Below, piece by piece: positions 35,440 to 48,495 of a DNA stretch of 64,000 nucleotides. Made by a program: the position numbers and the translations under genes. Each line of letters begins with the position of its first letter. Positions within the stretch are counted from its first letter, which is position 1. The DNA is from Eledone cirrhosa (lineage: Eukaryota). The DNA is taken from positions 24,800,001-24,864,000 of the forward strand of contig OZ024762.1 of the NCBI GenBank assembly GCA_964016885.1. The letters run 5' to 3'. A model generated the notes under the pieces. The model worked only from the letters and a program-made list of their open reading frames with translations. It did no database searches and had not been told where the DNA came from.

Positions 35440-37555
35440 ATGCAGAAACAACATCTGAATATTTTTACAACGAACATACCCGTACCAAGCTGGAAGAAAT
35501 ACCTAAAACTCCTGATACAGAAAACAGATTCGTTCATTAAAAGATCGAGTTGACGCGCCTTTTATTTCGATAATCAGGGACACCAAACAGGATAAATTTA
35601 GGTTTAAAACCTACAATAACCCTTTGAGTAACCCAGCATTGCTACCCTTCGAAAATGATGTCTTGGAACTCATACGGAGTATCAAATTTCGGAATAGGAG
35701 CAATTCCTTCTATCAGGACCTGAAGAATAGAATTCGTTCTATTACTATTAAGGATTCTAATGCCGTGCACGTCCACTCCGACAAAACTGGCGATCTATAT
35801 TAAGTGGAGCGCTGTACTTACCATCAACTGCTACATAATGCTGTAACTAAGGATTACCGTAAAACTAATCGGAGTGTCATTAATGACATCAACGATGGTG
35901 GGTTTAAAATCACATCTGATCTCAATATTTTGGACCGGACTGAACCTCTGGACCCTATTTCTCCCCACTTTACCCTGAATGATCACAAATCCAATTTCCC
36001 GAATAACGCCTCTATTCGGCTTATTAATCCTGCGAAGTCCGATTTAGGTAGACTTAGTAAAAGGATTTTAGATAGAATTATAGCTGAAATTAGAAGCTTG
36101 GCCCCTCTTGCACTGTGGAACAATCCTTTCGCGGTGATTGATTGGTTCAACGGCATATATAACAAGGAACATTGCCGTTTTATCCAATCCGACATTAATA
36201 ATTACTACTCTTCCATCACTTTACCACTTCTTCTTAGAGCTATCAATTTTGCTGTTAAAGATTTCGAAGTTTATGTCATCCTCATTGCCCGTAAGTTGGT
36301 AATTAATTTCGACGACTCTATTTGGATTAAAAAACCTAATAGTACCCCATTCGACGTGAGTATGGGCGCCAGCGATTCTGCGGAGGTTTCTGATCTTATC
36401 GGCCTTTTCCTTCTTTTCTCTATCAAGGAATAATTACCCAACGTGGTTGGTGGTTTGTGCCGTGATGACGGTCTTTTGACCATGACAAAGTGCGGCCCAC
36501 ACGCTTCCGACAGGTTCAGAAAAGAACTCACAACCTTCTTTAAAGGCTTCAACCTCTCCATACAGGTTGAGGCTAACCTCTCGGTCGTTAATTACCTCGA
36601 CGTTACCCTCAATTTGTTTGTCGAATGGCTTGCACTACCCGTATAGAAAGCTGAATGATACGCTTAATTACATAAGTAAGCATTCTAACCATCCTGCCAG
36701 CATAACCAAGAACTTGGTAAGAAACGTTTCTTTGAGGCTTTCCCGTCTATCTACAAACGAGCATATTTTCACCGACCATTCCACATATTACAATGAAGTT
36801 CTTGCTCGGAGTGGATTTGTCGATAAGGTAGCATATACCGAGTATGAGCATAGTCCTAGGAAAAATAGATCCCGACGTATTATATGGTATAACCTACCAT
36901 ATAATATGGAGGTGGCCACACCATTAGCTAAGATCCTTTTCTCCCTTATTATGAAGCATTTCCTCCAGCACATAAATATAGTAACATTTTTAATAGAAGT
37001 ACCATTAAAATTTCTTACTCTACGACTCCTAACCTTGCGCATAACATCACTGCTTCAAATTTAGCTAAATTACCTAGCCGTAGGAACACGTGCAACCCTG
37101 TAGCTAGTACTAACTGTAATTGTAGGAATCGGGTTGACTGCCTCCTATCCGGGAAATGCCTCTCTAGTAACATTGTATACAAATGTAAGGTTGAAACAAC
37201 CACGTCCCGTAGGGCCTACATAGGGTTAACCGCCAATAGATTCAAGCATCATCTTTACATGCATACCCATTCTTTTCTTAACCCTTTAAGAAGGAATATG
37301 ACGTCACTTTCAGCTTATATCTGGAGTCTAAAAGACAACAACACCCAATATAGGTTACACTGGGAGATCCTAGCTAAGGCTAGATCGTATAACGGAAATA
37401 AAAGACCACGTGACCTCTGCGCCGCTGAAGCCCTGGAAATACTCTACGCCAATGACCACATCTTAAACAAAAAATCTGAGGCAATTTCGGCTTGTAAACA
37501 CAAATTGCACAAGACTTTCCTGCATTACAGCCCCACATTATACCCTAACGGATAA
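35440..37555 (+). pseudogene. Penelope-like retroelement (Naiad-type) RT + CxC zinc knuckle + GIY-YIG endonuclease, disrupted by stops and frameshifts
   Basis: NIPVPSWKKYLKLLIQKTDSFIKR N-terminus; IRLINPAKSDLGRLSK; FIQSDINNYYSSI; FDVSMGASDSAEVSDLIG; GLCRDDGL; NYLDVTLNL; IIWYNLPYN; CNCRNRVDCLLSGKC-IVY-YIGLT; LSAYIWSLK; LNKKSEAISACKH. Confidence 0.92.
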
Positions 37556-37830
37556 TAGGAACTATACGTGGATATTTTACGTCTTGATGTGGTAGCTAAG
37601 TATATGTTATGTTTATATCATCTGTGAGACACGCAGTGACTAACAACATCATGTTTTAAGTCTGCGTGTCTGACATATATGCGCAGCTTGTGAATAAAAA
37701 ATTCAAGGGGTGTCGCTGGCCGTGGTGATAATCGCTGCCAAACATGTTTTGTAATGTATCGTATTATTGGCTAATCAACCAACGAGAGTAATTGTTGCTC
37801 AAAAGCATCCCCCATTTTGTTTGCACGTTT

Positions 37831-38055
37831 CAAAAGAGCCACAGAAAGTTATAATAAACCTTCAAAAGTGTGGGACTAGAGTTGTTGCTCAAAAATATTG
37901 TAATCATTATCTATCGTACATCTGTGGCATCCTTTATAAAAATATCACAATAAATACATCTAGAGTGTACGATAGATAATGATTACAATATTTTTGAGCA
38001 ACAACTCTAGTCCCACACTTTTGAAGGTTTATTATAACTTTCTGTGGCTCTTTTG
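37831..38055. repeat. Perfect 90-bp inverted repeat, 45-bp spacer
   Basis: 37831-37920 is the reverse complement of 37966-38055. Confidence 0.92.
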
Positions 38056-38699
38056 TGCTTGCGCATTTTCAGGTCTAGTTACTTATTTGTATAGGTAAGT
38101 ATATATTACCTGTATGTTTTGTGAAGGTACGTATACTTTCTCGTACGTATATTTGCTTGTATTTGTTATAGGCGTATATATTATATTATATATACTGGTA
38201 CATGTGTTTATAATTATGTGTATACGTGAGTTTTGCGTTTATGTGTGTATGCAGGTTTGCACGTATGTAGGGTGTGTGTATATGTGTACATTGTGTTTTG
38301 GTTGACGTACGTTTAGCGAACATATGTGTATTTATATACACACATGTGTGCGCGCATTATATGCGTATTTATGTGTGTATATTTATATATGTTTATATCA
38401 TTAAATGTATACGCGCACACACACACACGCATATATATATATATATATACTGTATATATTTTTATATATGTTTTATGTGTATTTGGTGAATACGTTCGTA
38501 TGTGTGTGGGTACAGGCGTTGCGTGGGTTTTTGTATGTGTGCACGTGTTTATGTGCACGTGCCTGTATTTGTGTATCCATGGTGGGTGTTTTTGAGTATG
38601 CATGTGTATGTACGTATATGGATGCGTGCATGTATATATTTCATTATTGTTGATTTCAATAACCTCTAATGTATTTACATTATTCTGGACATTTATTGT

Positions 38700-38817
38700 C
38701 TGAGTTCAAATACCGGCGAGGTTAACTTTGCCTTTCATCTGTATGGGGTCGATAAAATAAAGTACCAGTAATACACTGGGATAATTGCTGGCCTTGTGCC
38801 CAAAATAGAAACTATTA
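38700..38817 (+). mobile_element. SINE, 5'-truncated
   Basis: CTGAGTTCAAATACCGGCGAGGTTAACTTTGCCTTTCATC..TTGTGCCCAAAATAGAAAC. Confidence 0.8.
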
Positions 38818-38849
38818 TTCTTAACTCTGAAGCCGAGAATCATTCGGTT

Positions 38850-39287
38850 TCCTAAATAGAATTTTAGTCTACGACTTCAGTTATGCCATAACTATATATA
38901 ACTTGTATTTGCGTGTAATTGTTCTCAACGCTCCACATAATGACGTATTATCTTCATTTTCACCGTTCATTGCCAGGGAACGTCCCCACGAACCACCTAA
39001 TAGAATATTAGTCTACGACTTCATTTATACCATAAACGTGGTTTTGTCTTTGCGTGTTCTCAACGCGCCAAATAATGACGTATTATCTTCGTTTTTTTCC
39101 GTTCTTTGCCTGGGAACGTCTCCACGAACCAAAGTATCGTCTTCCTGTCTTCCTTCGGTTGCAACGTTTTTCGAAATATTTACTTCTGCGTTCACAGATT
39201 GATTTTTTTTAGTTTCAGAAGATCCCGTTATGGGTGAAAGCAGCGATTCTTTGCTTAAACTTTAATCTGTTATTTTAGTAAATAAAT
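38850..39287 (+). mobile_element. PLE 3' UTR segment: two ~140-bp tandem units, then family B pLTR portion
   Basis: TAGTCTACGACTTCA..CCACGAACC twice; ends in TTAATCTGTTATTTTAGTAAATA then (TA)n. Confidence 0.6.
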
Positions 39288-39302
39288 ATATATATATATA
39301 TA

Positions 39303-39703
39303 TACAATATTAAATAAATGGAAACTATATTTATAAAACCATATTTATTTCATTATATATATTTCAGGGATATCATATTAACAATATGCTATGCCTTCCT
39401 CAGACAAAATACAATATAAACAGTTTTATAGATAAATAGATTCGACATACCGTAACAACATCTACTATGTGAAGACATTTTGAGTTGTTTAGAGAAAAGG
39501 AATATACTTTTCTCTAAACAACTCGAAATGTCTTCACATAGTAGATGTTGTTACGGTATGTCGAATCTATTTATCTATAAAACTGTTTATATTGTATTTT
39601 GTCTGAGGAAGGCATAGCATATTGTTAATATGATATCCCTGAAATATATATAATGAAATAAATATGGTTTTATAAATATAGTTTCCATTTATTTAATATT
39701 GTA
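39303..39703. repeat. 197-bp-arm fold-back with 7-nt loop; right arm continues to about 39790
   Basis: 39303-39499 vs 39507-39703, one mismatch seen. Confidence 0.93.
39595..39660 (+). ncRNA. Type I hammerhead (C.C subclass); mirror at 39346-39411 (-)
   Basis: tattttgt CTGAGGA aggCatagcatatt-gtt-aatatgatatCcct GAAA tatata TA atgaaata. Confidence 0.85.
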
Positions 39704-39787
39704 AATATACTCCAAATATTTGTCGAGTGCTTTTATATCAGTTATAAATATTTACTAGTTGTAACCCAACAATTTAAATATAACTTT

Positions 39788-39839
<52 letters not shown>

Positions 39840-39905
39840 TATAATCTAGGAAATCAGCTGAAATGGCAAGAGCTCAGCCTTTGGGTCCCGATTCTTTATA
39901 ATATA

Positions 39906-40516
39906 CTAGCAGTGGTACCCGGCGTTGCACGGGATAAGGTATTTTGGAACGCGGGCCGCCAACAAACCTAATTGTGGAAAAACTGCACGCCTGGACAATA
40001 TGTAAAGAAAATAAACCGAATACTCTGATAGATGGATAATCTTTAAGATTTTCCTCGATGAAGCAGGAAAAACGCAGTTTTTCACCTAATGCGGGCCCTA
40101 GGGGATCAAGAAACTGAATTTTTTTATGTGCTTAATATGCCTTGAAATTTCGGGAAAATCGGCTAGACGTTACGCCTCACAAAAGCCCTAAAAAGCTGAA
40201 AAAAAAAATGAAGTTTTTCACCGAATGCGGGCCCTAAGCCATAAAAACGTTGGATTTTCTTTGCTCACAGTATGAAGAAGACACTGACTAATACGTAGTT
40301 ACAATTTCAAGGAAATCGTTCTGACTTAACGCCTCAAAAAACCCCTTAAAAGGCAGTTTTTCACCTAATGCGGGCCCTAGGGAATCAAAAAGTCATTCAC
40401 ATGTAAAGTTTGAAAAAAATAGATTGAGTACTTTTCGAGTTTTATGGATTCAAACTCACAGACACACACACACTCAGACAGACATCCTGAGTTTTATATA
40501 TATATATATATATAAG
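39906..40516 (-). mobile_element. Non-autonomous Helitron
   Basis: Minus-strand 3' end: hairpin CCCGTGCAACGCCGGG, 8 nt, CTAG|T; 5' end TATATATAAAACTC..GTCTGTCT; three internal GTTTTTCACCTAATGCGGGCCCTA-like repeats. Confidence 0.75.
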
Positions 40517-41115
40517 TGTATGTGTATGTATGTGTGTGTGTATGTTTATGAGTGTTTGTGAGTGTGTGTGTGTATGTTTATGAGTGTTTGTGAGTGTGTG
40601 TGTGTATGTTTATGAGTGTTTGTGAGTGTGTGTGTGTATATGTGTGTGTGTTACAAGTTTATTTGTCTTCCCTTGATTAAGTAACGACATAAATGTTTAG
40701 TGAAATGCTTAACCACATAGCGGCGACGTGTGTCTTCTCTAAACAACTATAAACGTTTTCAAGATCACATGCCTGAAACAATATTCCGCTAGCGGAACTT
40801 CATTATATGCCGCCATCTTTGTCACATAAAAGGCAATCACACGGTAACAGGGAGACATATAAGTGATAAAGTCGCTGAGTATAGCTCCAGATATAAAGAA
40901 ATACACACGTTACACTAGAGAGTGTCCAATGAAATAAAATATATTTCAAACGGTGTGTGAAATAATATTGCCTCATCATAAAGCGGACCCAGTGTTGTGT
41001 GTTGTGTGTTGTGTTGTGTTGTGTTGTGTGTTGTGTTGTGTTGTGTTGTTGTGTTGTGTTGTGTGTTGTGTTGTGTTGTGGTGTGTTGTGTGTTGTGTGT
41101 TGTGTTGTGTATGTT

Positions 41116-41151
<36 letters not shown>

Positions 41152-41424
41152 CTAATTTGAATGGAATGTGGTGGGTGATCTATTAGTGAACTGGTAGAGC
41201 AGTGGTCTGGATAACCATAAGTGGGGGTTCGATGTACGTCAATACTCATGCTTTTCCATTTAGAGGGTATTAAACACCAGTATCAGACTAATTTCTTTTG
41301 TCAAAATACGACGAAAGCTTCTATTTCTACTAAATCGGTCGTAGGTGTAGCAAATGGCGAAATGCTGAGTGAAATCGTATGGAATATGTGGGAGGTGGAG
41401 AAAATCGTGTTTTGAAGAGTTAAA

Positions 41425-41855
41425 CGGGTGCCACGCTGTCCCTGAACAAAACATGCAAAGTGTAAAGCTACTATAAGATGTGCAATGATAGGTTCTATGG
41501 TAGTATAAAAGTTGAACCAAATAAATTGATTTATGTGTGAGGTGGAGCCGAAGTTTCGAATTTGAACGAAATCGGTTGAAAAATTTGGGAGCTAGAGGCG
41601 AAAAAGCGGAAATTTGAGCGAACAGGTTGTATTTTCGAATATTTAAGCGGCTGCCACGCCGTTCCTAAACAAAATATCTAAAATGTAAAGCCACTTTAAG
41701 ACGTGAAATAATCAGATCTAGCGTAGTGTAAAATTTGAACAAAGTAGTTTTGTTTAATGTGGGAGCTAGAGCCGAAAAAGTGGAAATTTGAGTCTAAAAG
41801 TGGTATTTTTGAATATTGAAGCGGCCGCCACGCTGTCCCTGAACACACATGCAAT
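41425..41855. repeat. Diverged 175-220-bp tandem units typical of DNA-transposon/Helitron interiors
   Basis: GCCACGCTGTCCCTGAACA-like three times; GGGAGCTAGAG.CGAAAAAG.GGAAATTTGAG twice. Confidence 0.6.
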
Positions 41856-41894
41856 ATAAAGAAAATATATAAATACCACTACTTACTTGGACAA

Positions 41895-42028
41895 CCAGCT
41901 CCCTGATGATTTTTCACGAATGAAAAAGTTCTAGTCCTGTAGAAGCTCTTCTATATTAAAACTGTTATACTCTGTTATGTATTGAGTAGCTTATTTACTG
42001 TGGTTACCTCTAATTCAACCAGGAATTA
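41895..42028 (+). mobile_element. PLE 3' fragment (family C) with HHR core; stem I not resolved
   Basis: CTGATGA tttttcacgaat GAAA at 41903-41925; tail homologous to 60757-60870. Confidence 0.6.
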
Positions 42029-42583
42029 TATATATATATATGGGACGGTTGGAGGGTCACTGATGAAGGACTCACTTTTTCATATGCACCACCATTGCAA
42101 CGCGCAGCCATCATTATTATCATATTTACACATATATATATATATATATATATCGGCTAGCCTCTTCCTCACACTTTCACTCACTCACTCTCTGCTACTC
42201 ACCCTCTCTCACTCCCACCCGCCTGACTCGTGTGAAATTCTTTCCTCGCTCACATTTCGCATGGCTCGGATGCGTCTTTCGTCTTCTCGTCAATGATCCC
42301 GCCAGATCATATGATCACTTGTATCACTGAATTGACTTTTCACCCTTTACGTTGCCTTACCGTTCTTGTTTGTTTACATGTCACTCTTTCTCCACCCAAT
42401 TCTTTTTAACCCAATAACTTTATTTAGTTATTGCTCGCGCTGGCCTGAGGTATCTGGTCTTTAATGCGAAGAAATAACTATGGTGGCCAGAAGATCACTG
42501 ATGACGGATAGTCATGGCTTCTTACTCTATTTTTTAATTCATATGTATCACATCCGCAACAACACAGCACACCATTTTCATCT

Positions 42584-42667
<84 letters not shown>

Positions 42668-42804
42668 TATATATATATGTGTGTGTGTGTGTACATATAT
42701 ATATACGCCCCCCCCCCCCATATATATATATATATATTTATATTAAATGTAAGTATGTATGTATACGTACATACATATATGTATACGGACGTACAGTAGC
42801 ATGC

Positions 42805-42837
<33 letters not shown>

Positions 42838-42990
42838 TACAGGTACACATACATATATGTACGTATCAGTTTAGCGGACGCTTATTATAACACCCGCTTT
42901 GTTCGTTTGTAAACAAACTGAACAGCCTGAATTTATGCCGTACGGTGTTAAGGCAACCACGTCACCTTTTTGTTCAACACTGACACAGGA

Positions 42991-43033
42991 ACGATGTACT
43001 AGTTTGAAGCTTGTTAGCTATCATCAGCACCGT
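42991..43033 (-). ncRNA. Degenerate hammerhead (G12C), related to the 464-bp family; tail homolog at 35050-35245
   Basis: acggtg CTGATGA tagct-aaca-agctt CAAA ctag TA catcgt. Confidence 0.6.
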
Positions 43034-43089
43034 ATACCCTTCTGCGAGATGGTTGAACGTTCGAAATTTATATTTATATATATAATTTA

Positions 43090-43177
<88 letters not shown>

Positions 43178-43466
43178 CACATATATATATATATATATAT
43201 AACACATACATACATATATATATATATATATATGAAGGTTTCTATTACTTCATATGCACTCATATAAACACACACAATGACAACATCAACAAGATTAACG
43301 AAAGAAAAAAGACTTGCATGAACTTTACAAAAACAGACAAAACAATATGGCGTATGATGTATAATTAAAAGTCAAGTCAACAGTGAATAAAAATCCAACA
43401 AAAGTTCATGTAACGTCTTTGACATAACACTTATTTACAAAGAAATAGTTTTCAATTAGTTAAGGT

Positions 43467-44905
43467 TTGTCTCTCTGTGTGTGTATTGGTGTTGTGTGTC
43501 TTTGTGTGTGTGTCTTTGTGTGTCTTTGTATTGGTGTTGTGTGTGCCTTTGTGTGTGTCTGTGTGTGTCTTTGTGTGTCTGTGTGTCTTTGTGTGTCTTT
43601 GTATTGGTGTTGTGTGTGTGTATCTCTGTGTGTGTGTGTGTGTCTTTGTGTGTCTTTGTATTGGTGTTGTGTGTGTCTTTGTGTGTGTGCGAGAGTGTGA
43701 TTGTATGTGTATGTGTGTCTGTGTGTGGCTGTGAGTGTGTCTATGTATGTGTGTGCGCGCGCGCGCGTGTGTGATTGTATGTCTGTGTGTGTCTGCGAGT
43801 GTGTTAATGTGTGTGTGTGTATCTCTGTGTGTCGGCGTGTGGCTGCGAGTGTGTCTATGTGTGTGTGTGAGTGTCTTTGTGTGTGTTTGTGTGTGGCTGT
43901 GTGTGTGTCTGTATGTATGTGTGTCTGTGCGCGTGTGTGAGCATATGGGTGCCTGTGTGTGTGTTTGTGTGACTTGGTGCGTGTTTGTGTGTGTACGGAT
44001 GTGTGTTTATTTGTGTGTAATTGTGTGTGTGTGTGTGTGTGTGTGTGTTCCTGTGTGGCTGTGTATATGGCTGTATGTGTGTGTGTCTATGTATGTATGT
44101 GTGTGTATGTGTATGGGTGTACCCTGTGCTTTGTGTGTGTCTGCGAGTGTGTCTGTGTGTGTGTAAGTCTGAGTCCGCATGTGTTTGTATGTCCCCGTGT
44201 GTGTCTCTGTGGGTGTGTATGTGTGTGTCTTTGTGTGTGTCTTCGTATGTGCCTTTGTATGTATGTCTGTGTGTGTGTGTCTGTGGGTGTGTCTGTGTGT
44301 GTCTTTGTGTGTGTCTTCGTATGTGTCTTTGTATGTATGTCTGTGTGTGTGTGTCTCTGTGGGTGTGTCTGTGTGTGTCTTTGTGTGTGTCTTCGTATGT
44401 GCCTTTGTATGTATGTCTGTGTGTGTGTGTCTCTGTGGGTGTGTCTGTGTGTGTCTTTGTGTGTGTCTTCGTATGTGTCTTTGTATGTATGTCTGTGTGT
44501 GTGTGTCTCTGTGGGTGTGTCTGTGTGTGTCTTTGTGTGTGTCTTCGTATGTGTCTTTGTATGTATGTCTGTGTGTGTGTGTCTCTGTGGGTGTGTCTGT
44601 GTGTGTCTTTGTGTGTGTCTTCGTATGTGTCTTTGTATGTATGTCTGTGTGTGTGTGTCTCTGTGGGTGTGTCTGTGTGTGTCTTTGTGTGTGTCTTCGT
44701 ATGTGTCTTTGTATGTATGTCTGTGTGTGTGTGTCTCTGTGGGTGTGTCTGTGTGTGTCTTTGTGTGTCTTCGTATGTGTCTTTGTATGTATGTCTGTGT
44801 GTGACTGTGTCTGAGTCTGTGTACGTGTCTGTGTGTATGTCCATGTGTGTATGTCTCTGAGTGTATATCTGTGTAAGTGTGTTGCTGTGAGTGTGTCTGT
44901 GTGCG
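43467..44905. repeat. (GT)-rich region including ~62-bp minisatellite at about 44195-44800
   Basis: Directly visible. Confidence 0.92.
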
Positions 44906-44914
44906 ATTTTTTAA

Positions 44915-45570
44915 ACTCCTCCCCGCCTTCGTCTCCATCATTTCACATCTTCCCCGTCGTCTTCATTTTCATCACCTTCTCCTCCGTCGTCATCGTCACC
45001 ACCTTCATCTCCGCCGACGTCATCGTCGCCACCTTCATCATTTCACCATCCTCTCCTCCGTCGTCGTCTTCCCCCTCATCTCCTCCGTTTTCTCCCTCAT
45101 CTCCTCCTCCGTCTTCTCCCTCATCTCCTCCCTCGCCATCTTCTTCTCCTCCGTCTTCTCCCTCATCTCCTCCTCCGTCGACTTCATCTTCTCCCCCGTC
45201 TTCTCCCTCATCTCCTCCTCCGTCGTCGTCGCCATCTTCTTCTCCCCCGCCTTCTCCCTCATCTCCTCCTCCGTCGTCGTCGCCATCTTCTCCCTCATCT
45301 CCTCCTCCGTCGTCTTCTCCCCCGCCTTCTCCCTCATCTCCTCCTCCGTCGTCTTCTCCCCCGCCTTCTCCCTCATCTCCTCCTCCGTCGTCTTCTCCCC
45401 CGCCTTCTCCCTCATCTCCTCCTCCGTCGTCTTCTCCCCCGTCTTCTCGCTCATCCCTCCTCCGTCGTCGTCGCCATCTCCCCCCCCCCCCCCTTCTCCC
45501 TCATCACCCCCCCGCCTTCTCCCGCCCCCGCTGTCCCCACCATCGTCATCATCTCTGCCGTCGTTGTTTT
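44915..45570. repeat. CT-rich minisatellite (TCTCCCTCATCTCCTCCTCCGTCG)
   Basis: Directly visible; gives the Ser/Pro ORF. Confidence 0.9.
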
Positions 45571-45807
45571 CTCTCTTTGTCTAAAAGCTGCTTTAATTAA
45601 CTTCTTTGTTGGTTTATCTACTCAATGTCAATTTTGCTTTATACACCCACACACACATATATATACATAAAATATAATTACATATATATATACACACACA
45701 CACATATATATATAAATATATACATACATATATATTTGTATATTTATATATATATATATATATTTGCATATTTATATATATATATTTGCATATTTATATA
45801 TATGTAT

Positions 45808-45841
<34 letters not shown>

Positions 45842-45846
45842 TACAT

Positions 45847-45904
<58 letters not shown>

Positions 45905-46064
45905 GTATATATATATGTATGTATATATATCTCTCTCTCTATATATATATACATACATATATATACATACTGATATATGCATATATATATATACATATAT
46001 ACATACCTATACAGGCATATATATTACATACATATATATATATATATATACACATATATACATA

Positions 46065-46302
<238 letters not shown>

Positions 46303-46390
46303 CATATATATACACACACACACACAGACGTACATATATATGTATGTATATATATATATCTATGTATATATGTATACGTACATAAATACA

Positions 46391-46424
<34 letters not shown>

Positions 46425-47178
46425 CATATATATATACAGATATATTTATATATACTTATATACATATATATATTTATTTTTATATATGTATATGTATATA
46501 TAATATACATATGTATGTATATATAATTGTGTTTATATATATGTGTGCATGTGTTTGTGTATGTTTGTGTTTATATATTTGTGTGTGTATATGTGTGTGT
46601 ATATATGTATGTGTGTATATATGTATGTATGTAATATATACCTCTTTTTTTTTAATATAAACATACAATGTTAACATCACCGCAAATAGTAAATACAATA
46701 TTTATACTCGGAATGAAGTACGAGTCCAGTTTTAAACGTAGTATAATGTAGCATAATGGGTAGAGCGTCGGACAACCTTCTTTGTGCTGAGTTCAAATTC
46801 CGCCAAGTTTAGCCATATCCAGCCAGAATTCTCTCACCTCTTTCTGTTGAAACCAGCCATAACCGACTGCTCATACTGATTAATGATAAGGTATTGTTCT
46901 CAAAATAAATAATATCAAAATCTCATAGATTCAATATCATTTGAGATATTTAACTTTTCAGTCGTAAGTTATTTTTCTTTCATTTTTACAATCGAGGAAA
47001 ATAACGTGTACGAATTCTGAAGAAACAAATTAATGAATGAGTAGAGAATTCGGCGGGCTAGTTACAAATTCAATTTCTGTAGTTCGCAAATCCCCCATTC
47101 AGACTGTTATATAAAAAGAAAATAGGTCCTTTCACAGGTTGATTGATGTTTTTAGAAAAATATACAAGAGTTCTTCAA

Positions 47179-47270
<92 letters not shown>

Positions 47271-47343
47271 GATGTCTTCAAAAAGTAACGGTTGCATTTT
47301 GAAAGGGTATGTCAATATTTATTTATAAAACTGGTATATATTG

Positions 47344-47408
47344 TATTTTGTCTGATGAAAGCATACCATAATTTAACATGGTATCCTTGAAATATGTATA
47401 ATAAAATA
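47344..47408 (+). ncRNA. Type I hammerhead (C.C subclass), paralog of 39595-39660
   Basis: tattttgt CTGATGA aagCataccat-aatttaac-atggtatCctt GAAA tatgta TA ataaaata. Confidence 0.88.
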
Positions 47409-47461
47409 GATATGGTTTTATAAATATAGTTTCCATTTGTTAATATCGTATATATATATAT

Positions 47462-47650
47462 AGGAAAAGAGTCAGGTTGAGCTCCGGTCGTTTCGACAGC
47501 TATTTCTGAACGTTCAGAAATAGCTGTCGAAATGGCCAAAACTCAGCCTTCGGAGTTCTGACTCTTTTCCTGTTACCCACTCTACTACCATAGTATCGAA
47601 TACTCTGGTGCTTTATGGTCCACCTGGTTCCTTACGACACTTCCTTCATT
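47462..47650 (+). mobile_element. Family A fold-back with perfect 42-nt palindrome at 47491-47532
   Basis: TTTCGACAGCTATTTCTGAAC|GTTCAGAAATAGCTGTCGAAA; 3' tail as at 26261. Confidence 0.8.
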
Positions 47651-47997
47651 TTATATATATATATATATATATAAATGCAAGTCTGAAGAATCATTAGATA
47701 AAATATATACAGTATTTCCTCTCCTAATCAGTATAAATCAACCACATAAAAAATCATTAAAAAACGAGGTTATAAGTTTAAAATGTACGTATGAAGAAAT
47801 AATAGACAAATGATACAGATTATCTTCCGCGGTGTACAGCCATATGACACTTATCTAATTATTTCTTTTAGCCTGTAGAAATTGACTAGACAAATAGTTA
47901 AGTACACGGAGTTAGGTACAAAATAGAAGTTTGAACAAAAAATGCACATAATTTTTACCAATATTCTCCTAGTCTCGACCACCGGAGATTTCGTTCC

Positions 47998-48042
<45 letters not shown>

Positions 48043-48158
48043 ACACACTCGTAGGTTATATCCGTAGTAGTAGAGCACTCAATCCACGGGACTAGTGGCT
48101 GTTTATGCACATGTGTAGTCGTACAGTTGTTTTTCCTTTTCTGTAAAACATCTTTTAA

Positions 48159-48201
48159 ACCTAATTGATGATCCGAATAAGGTGAAACAATTGTTCTCGG
48201 T
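48159..48201 (+). ncRNA. Degenerate hammerhead-like motif
   Basis: acctaa TTGATGA tcc-gaataa-ggt GAAA caattg TT ctcggt; C3U uncompensated, stem I weak. Confidence 0.45.
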
Positions 48202-48278
48202 AATGGTGAACTAACTGTTGTGGAACTACTTCCATATATATATATATGGAAGTAGTTATGTGTGTGTGTGTGTATATA

Positions 48279-48495
48279 ATGGTTTCTTATATAGGCACAA
48301 GTCCAGCAATTTTGGAGGACGGGAAAGTCGATTAAATCGACCCCAGTGCTTTACTGGTACTTTATTTTATCGACCCCGTAAGGATGAAAGGCAAAGTTAA
48401 CCTCGGCGGGATTTGAACTCAGATTATAAAAGGCGGTAACTCTATGCTGCAAAGCATGGCGTCCGACCCTCTACCGATACTGCCAATCCACCGCC
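48279..48495 (-). mobile_element. Full-length SINE retaining the GTCGATTTAATCGAC segment
   Basis: GGCGGTGGATTGGCAG head, B-box, core, tail. Confidence 0.85.

Noticed and set aside
35551-35553. In-frame TGA as selenocysteine
   Set aside because: Falls at the conserved Trp of the KRxRWxA motif; the copy has other stops and frameshifts
44833-45600. Ser/Pro-rich extensin-like ORF
   Set aside because: CT-rich minisatellite open in multiple frames; no splice or domain evidence
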